Below, piece after piece: positions 9,049-18,144 of a DNA stretch of 32,000 bases. The translations under genes and the position numbers were made by a program. The stretch spans positions 30,001 through 62,000 of the forward strand of contig JAWBCC010000001.1 of assembly GCA_038823825.1 (NCBI GenBank), written 5' to 3'. How positions within the stretch are numbered: position 1 is the first letter of the stretch; every line of letters begins with the position of its first letter. The notes below the pieces were generated by a model, which was given only the letters and a program-made list of their open reading frames with translations, ran no database searches and was not told the DNA's origin. This DNA is from Candidatus Hadarchaeales archaeon (GTDB taxonomy: Archaea; Hadarchaeota; Hadarchaeia; Hadarchaeales; Hadarchaeaceae).

Positions 9049-9798
9049 TTGTTAGGTATCACGTTTCTATCCCTTCACAAGTTGCATCGTCATTCCGCGC
9101 TGAATGATTTTAAAGAGTATGTGAGGAGGTTCAAGGATCATCCAGCAGTCTTGATGTGGTGTGTTGGAAATGAGGTCGAGTTTCAGATTCAGAATTTATG
9201 GCCGGGCGACGAAACGAAGCTGAGGGACTGGTTTTCGCTTCTGAATGAATTGGCAAAAGCAGCTTTTGAAGTCGAGGGTCAATCCTACCATCCAGTTATA
9301 ACCTCAGCGGCGGAAATTTATGTCATCGGAGAAAATTCGATAGGATCTGATGACGGTTCTTTAAAGTTTCTAGATGCTTGGGGAGCGACTCTTTTCCGTG
9401 GTAGGTCTTTTGAAGGGGCTTTTGATCAGTTCAGAAGCAGAAGCTTGAAACCTCTCGTGGTCACCGAATTTGGAATAGACGCTTGGGACAATCTTCAGAA
9501 AAAAGAGGATGAAAACGCTCAGGCTGAGTACGCCAAAGATCTTCTGAGGGAGTTATTCGAGGCTGGGGAAAGAATTCTTGGCGGATGTTATTTTGAATGG
9601 ACAGACGAATGGCAAAAGAGCGGAAATCCCAGCGCACACGATATTGGAGGATTCTCAATGCCATCATTCCCGGACGGCGTGGCAAACGAGGAATGGTTTG
9701 GTGTTTGCAGAGTTCTTGAGAACCGCGCGGGAGGCGTAGACATCCTTCAGCCGAGGTCAGTTTACAATATTATAAAAGAGAAATATCTCACCAGCTAA
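9049..9798 (+). pseudogene. 5'-truncated glycoside hydrolase (GH2/GH5-like TIM barrel, C-terminal half only)
   Basis: FKDHPAVLMWCVGNEVE and LKPLVVTEFGIDAW align with the same motifs in the 11607-13664 protein, but the barrel N-terminus and signal region are missing. In-frame TAA at 9043-9045 directly upstream. Confidence 0.65.
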
Positions 9799-9807
9799 AA
9801 ATTCTGT

Positions 9808-11616
9808 TTAGTAATCTTCCACGACGATGTGAAGCGTGAAAGTCTCGCCCGACTGCGCAGTCGATGTACCTCCGACTGTCAGTTTTAGATATCTGGAGCT
9901 TCCTGGAGCAAGCACGAGCGGGTAGATTACCCCATTAACAAAGACGTTTTGTCCATCCATAGTGTAAATGTTTGACCAGAGTTTACCTCCTGAAGCATCC
10001 CAAGCGTCGCAGATAACCTTCAGAGTTTTAGTCTCGCTGGTGCTGTTGTTCAGAAGAATATTAGTTATGGTCACCGATCCTATGCGTGGAATGTTAACCG
10101 CAGACGGGATACCAGAAAGAGTCACGACTCCTGGAGGTGGAGGAGGCGGAGGAGGTGGGGGTGAAATGGGTGAGGAAACAACTATCGTCAAGCGACAGGA
10201 AGCAGAGGTTCCGCTGTTGTCGATCACCGTGAGTGTCACCGTGTAACTTCCAGGATTTAAATATCTGTGGGTGGGGTTGCGATCTGTTGAGCTAGTTCCG
10301 TCTCCGAAATCCCAGATCCATCTCACTATATGACCGTCCGGATCGTACGAGTTGTCAATGAATTGTATGGTGTCAGAGGTCGTCGGAGAAGTTGGAGAAT
10401 ACGTAAATCTAGCCACCGGCGCACCAACAACGGAGACTCTTTTTACAAGAATTATGTAATCGATATAGACGATCACATTTTTTCCGGTGATGCCGTCCGA
10501 GAAAGCGATGTTCCACGGAACTCTTATGTTGGAGAGGTCTTCCCCAAATGCTCCTAGTGGAATAACTACTCTACGCCACGAGGTTGTGATATGTGCGTAG
10601 TCGCTTACTCTGACTTTTCCTCCTGTGCCATAGATGTCTTCAAGAATTATCTCAAAGTCTTCGCCGCCTCTTTCTCCTTTTACCCAGAACACTAGGTTTT
10701 CATAATCGGAGAGATTTTTCGGGCCGCTCGTGAATTCACAGTAAAATCCAGCCCACCCTCCGCTTATGTTTGAATAGATAAATTTCCAAGCTTTATCGGA
10801 GTCAGACTCCCATCCGCCAGTCTGAATCTCGAGCAGCGAAAGATGTTGTCCGTTGTTTGGATGTCCGTAACGAGCCGGAGCACCGATATCCTCACCCATT
10901 CCCCCATCCCAGTAGATAATGTAAATTAACTCTGAAGGCGGAAGCGATACAGAGACAATAGTCTCGAATCTTCCCTCATTCCCGTCATTGTCCACGACTG
11001 TGAGGATGACCCTGTATGAGCCCGCTGCATGGAAAATGTGTGTTGGGTTCTGACTTCTGCTGAAGGTTCCATCTCCGAAATCCCAAAGCCAACTTACGAT
11101 ATGGCCGTCTGGATCGTACGAGTTGTCGATGAATTGAAGAGTGTCGAGCACCGTTGGATGTGGGGGAGAAAATATGAAAAATGCGCGGGGGATTCCTGAA
11201 GGTCTCACTCTTATAACTTTAGTTTTTGTTGCATTTTCACCGGCATTATCGGTTACGAGCAGAGTTACTGTGTATTCTCCATCCCTCAAGTATCTGTGTG
11301 TGGGGTTTTGTTCTGTGGAACGGGTGTTGTCGCCAAAGTCCCAAAGCCAACTTACGATATGGCCGTCTGGATCGTACGAGTTATCGATGAACTGGACGAC
11401 CTCGTTTTCTTGCGGTTCAACGTTATCACCTGTCAGAGAATCAACAGACCACGTGAAATCTGCGACTGGTGGGATATTGACAACGGGTTTGGGTCTGGGT
11501 CGTAATAGGAGAACAAAGATTATCACAGTGAGGATGATCACTATTGCGAGAACATATATGAAGCGAATTTCGCCGTATACACGTTTTTCTTCGTGTTTAT
11601 CTTTCATTACGTCCAC
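9808..11616 (-). CDS. Membrane-anchored surface protein: 3 PKD domains, a CBM-like jelly-roll domain, polyproline linker, C-terminal beta domain
   Basis: N-terminal TM (FIYVLAIVIILTVIIFVLLL). Three copies of FIDNSYDPDGHIVxWxWDFGDxTxS...NPTHxxxxxGxYxVxLxVxDN. CBM-like region WKFIYSNISGGWAGFYCEF...IVYIDYIILV, then SSPISPPPPPPPPPPG. Confidence 0.85.
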   Translation of the reverse strand: MDVMKDKHEEKRVYGEIRFIYVLAIVIILTVIIFVLLLRPRPKPVVNIPPVADFTWSVDSLTGDNVEPQENEVVQFIDNSYDPDGHIVSWLWDFGDNTRSTEQNPTHRYLRDGEYTVTLLVTDNAGENATKTKVIRVRPSGIPRAFFIFSPPHPTVLDTLQFIDNSYDPDGHIVSWLWDFGDGTFSRSQNPTHIFHAAGSYRVILTVVDNDGNEGRFETIVSVSLPPSELIYIIYWDGGMGEDIGAPARYGHPNNGQHLSLLEIQTGGWESDSDKAWKFIYSNISGGWAGFYCEFTSGPKNLSDYENLVFWVKGERGGEDFEIILEDIYGTGGKVRVSDYAHITTSWRRVVIPLGAFGEDLSNIRVPWNIAFSDGITGKNVIVYIDYIILVKRVSVVGAPVARFTYSPTSPTTSDTIQFIDNSYDPDGHIVRWIWDFGDGTSSTDRNPTHRYLNPGSYTVTLTVIDNSGTSASCRLTIVVSSPISPPPPPPPPPPGVVTLSGIPSAVNIPRIGSVTITNILLNNSTSETKTLKVICDAWDASGGKLWSNIYTMDGQNVFVNGVIYPLVLAPGSSRYLKLTVGGTSTAQSGETFTLHIVVEDY

Positions 11617-13664
11617 TTCTCCTTGAGAGCGTAGTACGCAAGTCTAGGAATCTTGACGGGACTTTCGAGCGAGGTGAGCTTCATTATCCCCCACCATTCC
11701 TCATTCATGTTGTTCTGGCCGGCGACGTAGTCGTAGTAGTTGGGATTCGCCCAAGTCGCCAAATTGTCATGGATTTCATAATTTCCGGCCTTCCACCACT
11801 CATCGGACCACTCGAAGACCGTTCCTCCAATGCAAACGCGATTTTCGTTTTCCGCGCTCAGATTTTCTGAAATTTCATCCCAAAGATTTTCTATATACAG
11901 CTTCTGCATGAGCTGGTTCTCTGTGTTGTCCCTTGCGTCCAGAGCATCGCACCCCCACTCCGCCAGAAGAAGGGGTTTGCTACTCTTGACTTTGTAGTTG
12001 CTGAAGAGATTGCCGAAAGAGGAACCATAATACACGTTTACTCCCCATATGTCCAAGGACGTCAGGTTTTCGTCAGCCGAACCGATGCTTGGATCCCCTA
12101 TACGCGTGATGTCTTGGTTAACTGTCATAACAGGATGGTTGTCGTCTACTTGTTTGGCGGCAAATGCCACAGCCTGAACGAGCGAGAACCAGTTTTCCTT
12201 TCTCGCCGGGTATACATCGACCTCATTTCCGAATGCCCACATCAGAACTGCCGGGTGGTCTTTCCATTTATTAACCAGTTTGAGAAAACCTTCTTTCAGG
12301 TTCTCTCTCACCCAGCTTTTACTCATGTCTACGGATCGATCCACCCAGTATCCCATGATAACATATAACCGTTGGCTCCAAGCGGCATCCAGAATATCTC
12401 GGTTTTCTAATATTGCATGCTGGGGCGGTGGGACAAAATTTTCCCACCGGACGAAATCTACATAAAACGTCTGGTTTGTTTCCACGGTGATCATGAAGGG
12501 ACTGTAAACTTTGTCAAGATTTTCCCAGTTCTCTGCAGGAATAGTGATCTCCTGCCAGTTGTTTGTTCCATCCCATCCAAACTGGCTGATGTAATAACTC
12601 TGGATGTTCCCCTTCGGAGCCTCAATCTCGATCTTCAGGTTAACGGGTGTCTTAACCCAGAACTTCAAAGCGGAGGCGCCAGAGAGGTCAACGGTGTGAT
12701 CATGCGGGAGTGCGAGAAAAAGACCCCAGCCGGCATAGCTCCCAGAAGGCTGTGTGAGGAAGCATCTCCCTCCTTCGGGAACGTTGCCCGGTCCGAACCC
12801 AGTATATCTGGCTTCAAAATAGCCACCCCCCCACGTTAGGATTTTGACGCCTCCAGGTATCCCGCCATCAGAGTAAGGAGAAAAACCGGTCCATCTAACT
12901 TTGTCTATGTAAAACGTTCCGCTAGTCTCCATCGTTATTTTGAAAGGACAGTAGACTTGGTTCAGGTTACTCCAGTGACTGGCGGGAATCGTTATCTCTT
13001 GCCAGTTGTTTGTTCCATCCCAGCCGTAATTGCTTATGTATTTAGTCTGTGTGTTTCCCTGTGGTGCTTCTATCTCAACCTTCAGATTTGCGGTAGTTTT
13101 GACCCAGAATTTGAGCGCCGTAGCACCAGAGAGATTTATTGTGTGAGCAGAAGGGTTCGCTAGGAAAATTCCCCAGCCAGCCCAGTTTGCGCTCACAGTT
13201 TTAAACGATTTTGTTCCTTCGGGAGGGGTTATTTCATGTGTTTCTGTGAAGCTTCCACCACCCCCTTGCCATGTCCAGAGATAGGAATCCAGAGGAATTC
13301 CATCGTCGTGGTAAACCCAATAATAGGCATCGTTAAAGTAGGTTACGCCGGCATTATAAGTTCTGATGGTATTCGCTCCCATGCTTCGGATGTTCTCGAA
13401 ATCGTTTTCATAGATTTCTTGCGCATGCCACCAGAAGAAGTCGGGCCCCTCTCCTGGCGGAGTTGGTGAATAGCAAACCCCTTTTACGGTGAAAGGAGAT
13501 CCGTTTACGAGCAGCCGACGTCCGTCTACGGTCACGACTGTTTTCTCGATGATTTCTGCGGAAAATTTTGTCTCACAGTATGTATAGTAAACCACACCAG
13601 AGGCCACCGATGAGAGAACAAGAGAAGCAAGTATGATCGCAAGCGGGCATGTGTTTTTTTGCAT
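11607..13664 (-). CDS. Secreted/membrane-anchored glycoside hydrolase-like protein with two CBM-like domains inserted in the catalytic domain
   Basis: FTVKGVCYSPTPPG...NIRSMGANTIRTYN (barrel start), KDHPAVLMWAFGNEVD (putative acid/base Glu), KPLLLAEWGCDA (putative nucleophile Glu). Duplicated LSGAxALKFWVKT...GWDGTNNWQEITIPA domains lie between. Confidence 0.85.
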   Translation of the reverse strand: MQKNTCPLAIILASLVLSSVASGVVYYTYCETKFSAEIIEKTVVTVDGRRLLVNGSPFTVKGVCYSPTPPGEGPDFFWWHAQEIYENDFENIRSMGANTIRTYNAGVTYFNDAYYWVYHDDGIPLDSYLWTWQGGGGSFTETHEITPPEGTKSFKTVSANWAGWGIFLANPSAHTINLSGATALKFWVKTTANLKVEIEAPQGNTQTKYISNYGWDGTNNWQEITIPASHWSNLNQVYCPFKITMETSGTFYIDKVRWTGFSPYSDGGIPGGVKILTWGGGYFEARYTGFGPGNVPEGGRCFLTQPSGSYAGWGLFLALPHDHTVDLSGASALKFWVKTPVNLKIEIEAPKGNIQSYYISQFGWDGTNNWQEITIPAENWENLDKVYSPFMITVETNQTFYVDFVRWENFVPPPQHAILENRDILDAAWSQRLYVIMGYWVDRSVDMSKSWVRENLKEGFLKLVNKWKDHPAVLMWAFGNEVDVYPARKENWFSLVQAVAFAAKQVDDNHPVMTVNQDITRIGDPSIGSADENLTSLDIWGVNVYYGSSFGNLFSNYKVKSSKPLLLAEWGCDALDARDNTENQLMQKLYIENLWDEISENLSAENENRVCIGGTVFEWSDEWWKAGNYEIHDNLATWANPNYYDYVAGQNNMNEEWWGIMKLTSLESPVKIPRLAYYALKEKWT

Positions 13665-13704
13665 ATCATCTCACCTTTTCTTTTTTTGGGAAAAATAAAA
13701 GGGC

Positions 13705-13728
13705 GGTGAGCCGACAAGGCGGCTCACC
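13705..13728 (-). terminator. Perfect 9-bp inverted repeat followed by a T-rich run on the minus strand
   Basis: Minus strand GGTGAGCCG-CCTTGT-CGGCTCACC then GCCCTTTTATTTTT. Lies between the 155-aa gene and the hydrolase gene. Confidence 0.6.
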
Positions 13729-13740
13729 TTTCTAGCCCCT

Positions 13741-14208
13741 CTAGTAGAGCGCGTTGTCCATCAGATAGAGCTGCAGGTTGTTCCATGAGTTGCCCGGAAC
13801 GGCTGGACCAGCATCTCCAACGGTGACCTTTAGCTCCAGTGATTGGCCGCTGTTAAGGGTGAATCCATAGTTGACTCCGTCTGCCCAGACTTTGTTGGCT
13901 GAAGTTGGCCACGGATAAGCGCAGGCATACCACAGTCTGTCTCCAGTAACGCTATCAACGTTACTTATCAGGGTCAAAGTTTTTGTCTCTCCGCTCTGGT
14001 TATAAACAGTATATTTGATATTTGCAGCTCCGTTGTCGGGTATCTGGAAATTCGTGTTTTCCATCACTCCCCAGACTCCGACGTTTTCAACTATTGTTGC
14101 GGTAAAAGTCGTTGTCTGGTATGTGTAGAGAACTGCACCGGACGCGACTGCAGCTCCGAGGACCACGAGCAACCAGAGGGGAACGATTCTTCTTGTAGCT
14201 CTTTTCAT
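13741..14208 (-). CDS. Small secreted/membrane-anchored protein of unknown function
   Basis: N-terminal hydrophobic segment WLLVVLGAAVASGAVLYTYQTTTFTATIVEN, then a beta-rich domain resembling the C-terminus of the 9808-11616 protein. Confidence 0.8.
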   Translation of the reverse strand: MKRATRRIVPLWLLVVLGAAVASGAVLYTYQTTTFTATIVENVGVWGVMENTNFQIPDNGAANIKYTVYNQSGETKTLTLISNVDSVTGDRLWYACAYPWPTSANKVWADGVNYGFTLNSGQSLELKVTVGDAGPAVPGNSWNNLQLYLMDNALY

Positions 14209-14323
14209 TTTTTACCTCCGATTGCTCCTGATTTTCGGGATATTTAAAAGAGTGGAGCTAATTTTGGATATTTTTTGAAGACGAACGGAGAAATTTTATT
14301 AATTTCACAGCTAAGAGCTACTT

Positions 14324-14806
14324 ATGTTGCTCAGAGATTGGATTGCGCCGATGTTGGGAATTGTGGGCGGGATCCTTGTCTTATTGAGTGTTTTTGCCCC
14401 ATGGTATCCTGCTAGCGGAAGGTTCACTTTCTCATGCATAACTCTGCTCATGAAAAGGAGCGGCGGCCCTCTCATGTTCCATATTTTTCTGCTGTTTTTC
14501 GGAGGGTTCATCCTTTTGTTTGGCGGAATTCTAGCAAGATTTCTATCGAGGAAAGACATGGGGAATATTTTTTTCATCGGCTCCGTTATCGGAATAATCG
14601 GGGTCGCGTTAACCCTTTGGTATCTGAAAGGTGGTTTTACATTAAGTAATCCGGCGCCCGGCTTGTACATGTTTTTCTCTTCTCCTGTTGGGTGGTGGAG
14701 GCTGCTTACAGATCTCTCGTACGGGTTTTACATGGCGATTGCTGGAGTACTGGCGGGGATTTCTGGATTTTTCCTCTCGACTTCGTGGCGTGAAAGGAAA
14801 GATTAG
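14324..14806 (+). CDS. Four-TM hypothetical membrane protein
   Basis: Several hydrophobic segments (MLGIVGGILVLLSVFAPWYP, HIFLLFFGGFILLFGGILA, IFFIGSVIGIIGVALTLW, AIAGVLAGISGFFLS). Confidence 0.65.
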   Translation: MLLRDWIAPMLGIVGGILVLLSVFAPWYPASGRFTFSCITLLMKRSGGPLMFHIFLLFFGGFILLFGGILARFLSRKDMGNIFFIGSVIGIIGVALTLWYLKGGFTLSNPAPGLYMFFSSPVGWWRLLTDLSYGFYMAIAGVLAGISGFFLSTSWRERKD

Positions 14807-14881
14807 CGGGCCCGAGGGGATTCGAACCCCCGACCTGCCGGTTAAGAGCCGGCCGCTCCGACCAGACTGAGCTACGGGCCC
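14807..14881 (-). tRNA. tRNA-Lys (CTT), no encoded CCA
   Basis: Minus strand GGGCCCGTAGCTCAGTC...GCCGGCTCTTAACCGGC...GGTTCGAATCCCCTCGGGCCCG. Confidence 0.94.
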
Positions 14882-14969
14882 GTCAGTTTGTTATTAGTTT
14901 TCCAAAAATTTAAAAATCAAGCCACATCTGTTATTAACCAATTTGGGCTATCCTTCTTCGGAGGAGTCG

Positions 14970-15761
14970 ATGGTTCTGGTGTTTGTTGGCCTTGGCCTCG
15001 AAAAAGGAGGGATTTCACTACGTGGGATAGAAGAGGCAAAGAAGGCCGATGCGGTATATCTTGAGACATATACCAGCATAGTTCCCGGGTTAAGCGTCTC
15101 TTACTTGCAGGAACTCACAGGAAAAAAAGTGAAGGTACTGGACAGGAGGGTGCTTGAGGAGGAGCCTCATGAGATTCTCGAAAAAGCAAGGGATGGCAGG
15201 GTGGTTCTACTAATTCCGGGAGATCCAATGGTCGCCACAACTCACATCGATTTGAGACTGAGAGCCGCAAAGATGAACGTGGAAACAAAAATAGTTCATG
15301 CAGGTTCGATTCTCTCCGCCGTGGCCGGGGTTTGTGGGCTCCAGAGTTATAAATTCGGTCCCTCGGCAACAATTCCCTTTCCGGACAATCCCTCAGCAAG
15401 ACCATATGAGGTTCTCGCGGATAACAGAAAAAGAGGATTTCACACCCTTCTTTTTCTAGATATCCGGGCTGAGGAAGGAAGGGTGATGAGCGCAAACCAA
15501 GGGATGGAGATAATGCTTGGGCACGAACTCGTGCGCCGGGAATCGATTTTCACTCCGAAGACTCTTGTGGTAGTTGTGGCTAGGGCAGGTTGCGAAGATG
15601 AGTTGGTCAGAGCTGGCAGAGTGGAGGAAATGCTGGGTGTGGATTTTGGTCCTCCGCCTCACTCTTTGGTGGTTCCTGGCAGGCTTCACTTCATAGAAGC
15701 TGAAGCTCTGAAGGTTTTTGCTCGTGCGCCGGAGGATGCCGTAGATGAGCTTGTCGGATGA
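14970..15761 (+). CDS. dph5: Diphthine synthase
   Basis: MVLVFVGLGL...GISLRGIEEAKKADAVYLETYTS...GDPMVATTHIDLRLRA...HAGSILSAVAGVCGLQSYKFGPSATIPFP. Confidence 0.95.
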   Translation: MVLVFVGLGLEKGGISLRGIEEAKKADAVYLETYTSIVPGLSVSYLQELTGKKVKVLDRRVLEEEPHEILEKARDGRVVLLIPGDPMVATTHIDLRLRAAKMNVETKIVHAGSILSAVAGVCGLQSYKFGPSATIPFPDNPSARPYEVLADNRKRGFHTLLFLDIRAEEGRVMSANQGMEIMLGHELVRRESIFTPKTLVVVVARAGCEDELVRAGRVEEMLGVDFGPPPHSLVVPGRLHFIEAEALKVFARAPEDAVDELVG

Positions 15762-16002
15762 CCTCTTGAACGAAATTGAGAAGTGGAAGGCGAAATTAGA
15801 TAAAGGTATCTTGACCGCTGCTCCGATCGATTCAGTAGGTGAAGCAATGCTTTCGAATATAAAAGCGTATAGACAAGACTGCGATCACTTTCTGAGGAAG
15901 GGGGATCTGGTTAGGAGTTTTGAGTGCTTGGTCTGGGCTTGGGCTTATCTCGAGATTGGACAGAATCTTGGACATATTGTGAAGAAATCTCCGTCTGCAT
16001 AG
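15745..16002 (+). CDS. DUF357-family protein
   Basis: Small helical protein after dph5: NIKAYRQDCDHFLRKGDLVRSFECLVWAWAYLEIGQNLGHI. Confidence 0.7.
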   Translation: MSLSDDLLNEIEKWKAKLDKGILTAAPIDSVGEAMLSNIKAYRQDCDHFLRKGDLVRSFECLVWAWAYLEIGQNLGHIVKKSPSA

Positions 16003-16075
16003 ACCCGAAAATTTGCGATGGATTTCTTTAGATAGACAGATTTAAAGCATGCTTTGATGATAGATTGGGGAGAGC

Positions 16076-16741
16076 ATGAAGCTTGATGAAATAGTGAGAG
16101 AAAAATACCCGAACTTTATCGCTGGATACGTGCTCGCTACCGGCGTGACCGTAGAAACGGATGTGGAAACCCTGAACAATAGATTGTCATCTGTGCTTTC
16201 CGAAATCAAAGCCAAGTTCGCGCAGACTCAGGTAACGGAAATACCGGAGATAAAGGCTTACAGAGAATTCTTCAAGCAGATGGGTAGAGACCCGTCGAGT
16301 TTCAGACCCTCTGTGGAGTATTTGCTTAGGAAAACGCTCGAAGATCAGTTTCCGAGGATAAACAACGTCGTGGACTCCTGCATGCTGGCTTCCGTTGAGC
16401 ACATGGTGTCGGCCGGAGTTTACGATCTTCAGAAAGTTGTGGGAGAGCTCCGAACGACTCTGGCCAGTCCAGACGATAAACCGATAGAGTTGATAGATGG
16501 TCGGAAACTTCAGCCTCTGCCCGGCGAGATAGTTTTGAAAGATGACCAAAAGATACTTTCGGCTTACACACTTGGCGACTCGAAGATAAGCAAAATAACC
16601 TATGGGACATCTTCCGTGATTTTCGTTCTCTGGAATGCGCCGGGGATTCCGAGAGAGAATGTTGAAAGAGCAGTCGAGAGTCTTGCGCTTTACGCTAGGA
16701 AATACTGCGGCGGTTATGTGGACAAAAAAGAGATTCTGTGA
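16076..16741 (+). CDS. B3/B4 (PheRS beta-subunit editing-like) domain protein
   Basis: FFKQMGRDPSSFRPSVEYLLRKTLEDQFPRINNVVDSCMLASVEHMVSAGVYDL plus GEIVLKDDQKILSAY. Confidence 0.75.
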   Translation: MKLDEIVREKYPNFIAGYVLATGVTVETDVETLNNRLSSVLSEIKAKFAQTQVTEIPEIKAYREFFKQMGRDPSSFRPSVEYLLRKTLEDQFPRINNVVDSCMLASVEHMVSAGVYDLQKVVGELRTTLASPDDKPIELIDGRKLQPLPGEIVLKDDQKILSAYTLGDSKISKITYGTSSVIFVLWNAPGIPRENVERAVESLALYARKYCGGYVDKKEIL

Positions 16742-16750
16742 GAGTCGGAG

Positions 16751-16966
16751 ATGTATCCGCTCAGTCTACTGGGCATCGTCCTGATCCTGCTCGGTTTAGC
16801 TTTTCTCATAGCTCCGATAATTGCGCGCTATTTTGACGTGGAGCGGATTCCTTCTTGGCTTATTTACGTTTATCGGTCAGATGGTTTCTACTTCGTCACC
16901 TCGCCGATCTTGATCCTGATTTCTTTCGTTTTGCTTATACTTCATCTGCTGGAGGTTCTACGGTGA
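16751..16966 (+). CDS. Small two-TM protein (DUF131-like)
   Basis: 71 aa with two hydrophobic segments. Its TGA overlaps the next gene's GTG. Confidence 0.5.
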   Translation: MYPLSLLGIVLILLGLAFLIAPIIARYFDVERIPSWLIYVYRSDGFYFVTSPILILISFVLLILHLLEVLR

Positions 16967-18141
16967 CATCAAATTTTCATACCGTTCATATTCGGAAAGG
17001 TATGAATTCTGAAAATACGGCTATATTGGGGCCTGGCTGGGGACTCGGTAAATTTCTGACATTTTTCGAAAATCCAGTTGAGGTGGTGATCATGAAGGGA
17101 TCAATTCGTAGATTTTTTAGAAAATTGTCTACGCTTCTTGACGATGGTTTGATTGGAATCGGATATTTCGGCTACGAGCTTTCACAGGATTTCTTGCCCG
17201 TAAGATTTCGTGCGAATAAGCTAAAGATTGGAATTCCACCATCGGCGTTCATGTTTTTCGACGGCGGTGCCAAGATTTCGAAAATGTTTGTAGGAAAAGA
17301 CGGTGAGACAAAAATAGAACCAACGATTGAGAAGAGAGAATTCCTCCGAATGGTCGAAAGAATAAAGGAATACATCGCGGAGGGCGATGTGTATGAAGTC
17401 AACATCTCGCAGCGTTTCGACTTTGTAAGCAGCTGTAAACCTTTGGAAATCTTTTCAAACCTCATTAGGGCTCAGCCCGCACCTTTTACGTGTTTTCTCG
17501 ATTTTTCAGATTTTCAGATAATCAGCGGATCTATGGAGCTCTTTCTGAAAAGAAATGGAAAAAGAATTATGACCAGACCGATAAAGGGCACCAGACCGAG
17601 GCATCCGAACGTGAGGATTGACAGAGAGATGGTTAAAGATCTCAGAGAAAGTGAAAAGGAAAGAGCCGAGAATCTGATGATAGTTGACCTCATGAGGAAC
17701 GATTTGTCTAAAGTCTGCGAATTTGGAAGTGTTCGAGTTACGAAATTATTTGAAGTTGAGGGTTTCTCTACTCTCTATCAAATGTTCTCAGAGGTTATTG
17801 GCAGACTGAGAAACGGAATGAGTTTGCAGGACATCTTGGTGGCAACGTTTCCGCCAGGCTCCGTTACCGGGGCGCCCAAAATGCGGGCAATGGAAATCAT
17901 CGAAGAGCTCGAACCACACAGAAGGGAACCATACTGTGGTGCAACGGCGGTTGTCATGCCAGCTGGAGACTTCACAATGAGTGTTGCGATAAGGACAATG
18001 GCAATGAGAAATGGTTATGGGGCTTTTTGGGTTGGCGGGGGAATAACATGGGACTCGGATCCGGAGGCGGAATATGATGAGACCGTTGTGAAAGCCGTTG
18101 CAACCTGCAAAGCCCTGGGATTGGAAAAACTTGAGGTGTGA
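16963..18141 (+). CDS. pabB: Aminodeoxychorismate synthase component I (PabB-like chorismate-binding enzyme)
   Basis: RPIKGTRPRHP (PIKGT lysine favours PabB over TrpE), NLMIVDLMRNDLSKVCEFGSVRV, TFPPGSVTGAPKMRAMEIIEELE. GTG start at 16963 overlaps the upstream TGA. Confidence 0.85.
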   Translation: MTSNFHTVHIRKGMNSENTAILGPGWGLGKFLTFFENPVEVVIMKGSIRRFFRKLSTLLDDGLIGIGYFGYELSQDFLPVRFRANKLKIGIPPSAFMFFDGGAKISKMFVGKDGETKIEPTIEKREFLRMVERIKEYIAEGDVYEVNISQRFDFVSSCKPLEIFSNLIRAQPAPFTCFLDFSDFQIISGSMELFLKRNGKRIMTRPIKGTRPRHPNVRIDREMVKDLRESEKERAENLMIVDLMRNDLSKVCEFGSVRVTKLFEVEGFSTLYQMFSEVIGRLRNGMSLQDILVATFPPGSVTGAPKMRAMEIIEELEPHRREPYCGATAVVMPAGDFTMSVAIRTMAMRNGYGAFWVGGGITWDSDPEAEYDETVVKAVATCKALGLEKLEV

Positions 18142-18144
18142 GGC

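Noticed and set aside
11607-13664. Hydrolase frame interrupted or mis-assembled because of the internal duplicated segment
   Set aside because: The frame is continuous from signal anchor to the C-terminus, both copies are diverged in DNA, and catalytic motifs are present on the far side of the insert.
16963-18141. Anthranilate synthase component I (TrpE)
   Set aside because: The PIKGT motif and adjacency to a class IV PLP enzyme fit PabB better, and no other trp genes are in the window.
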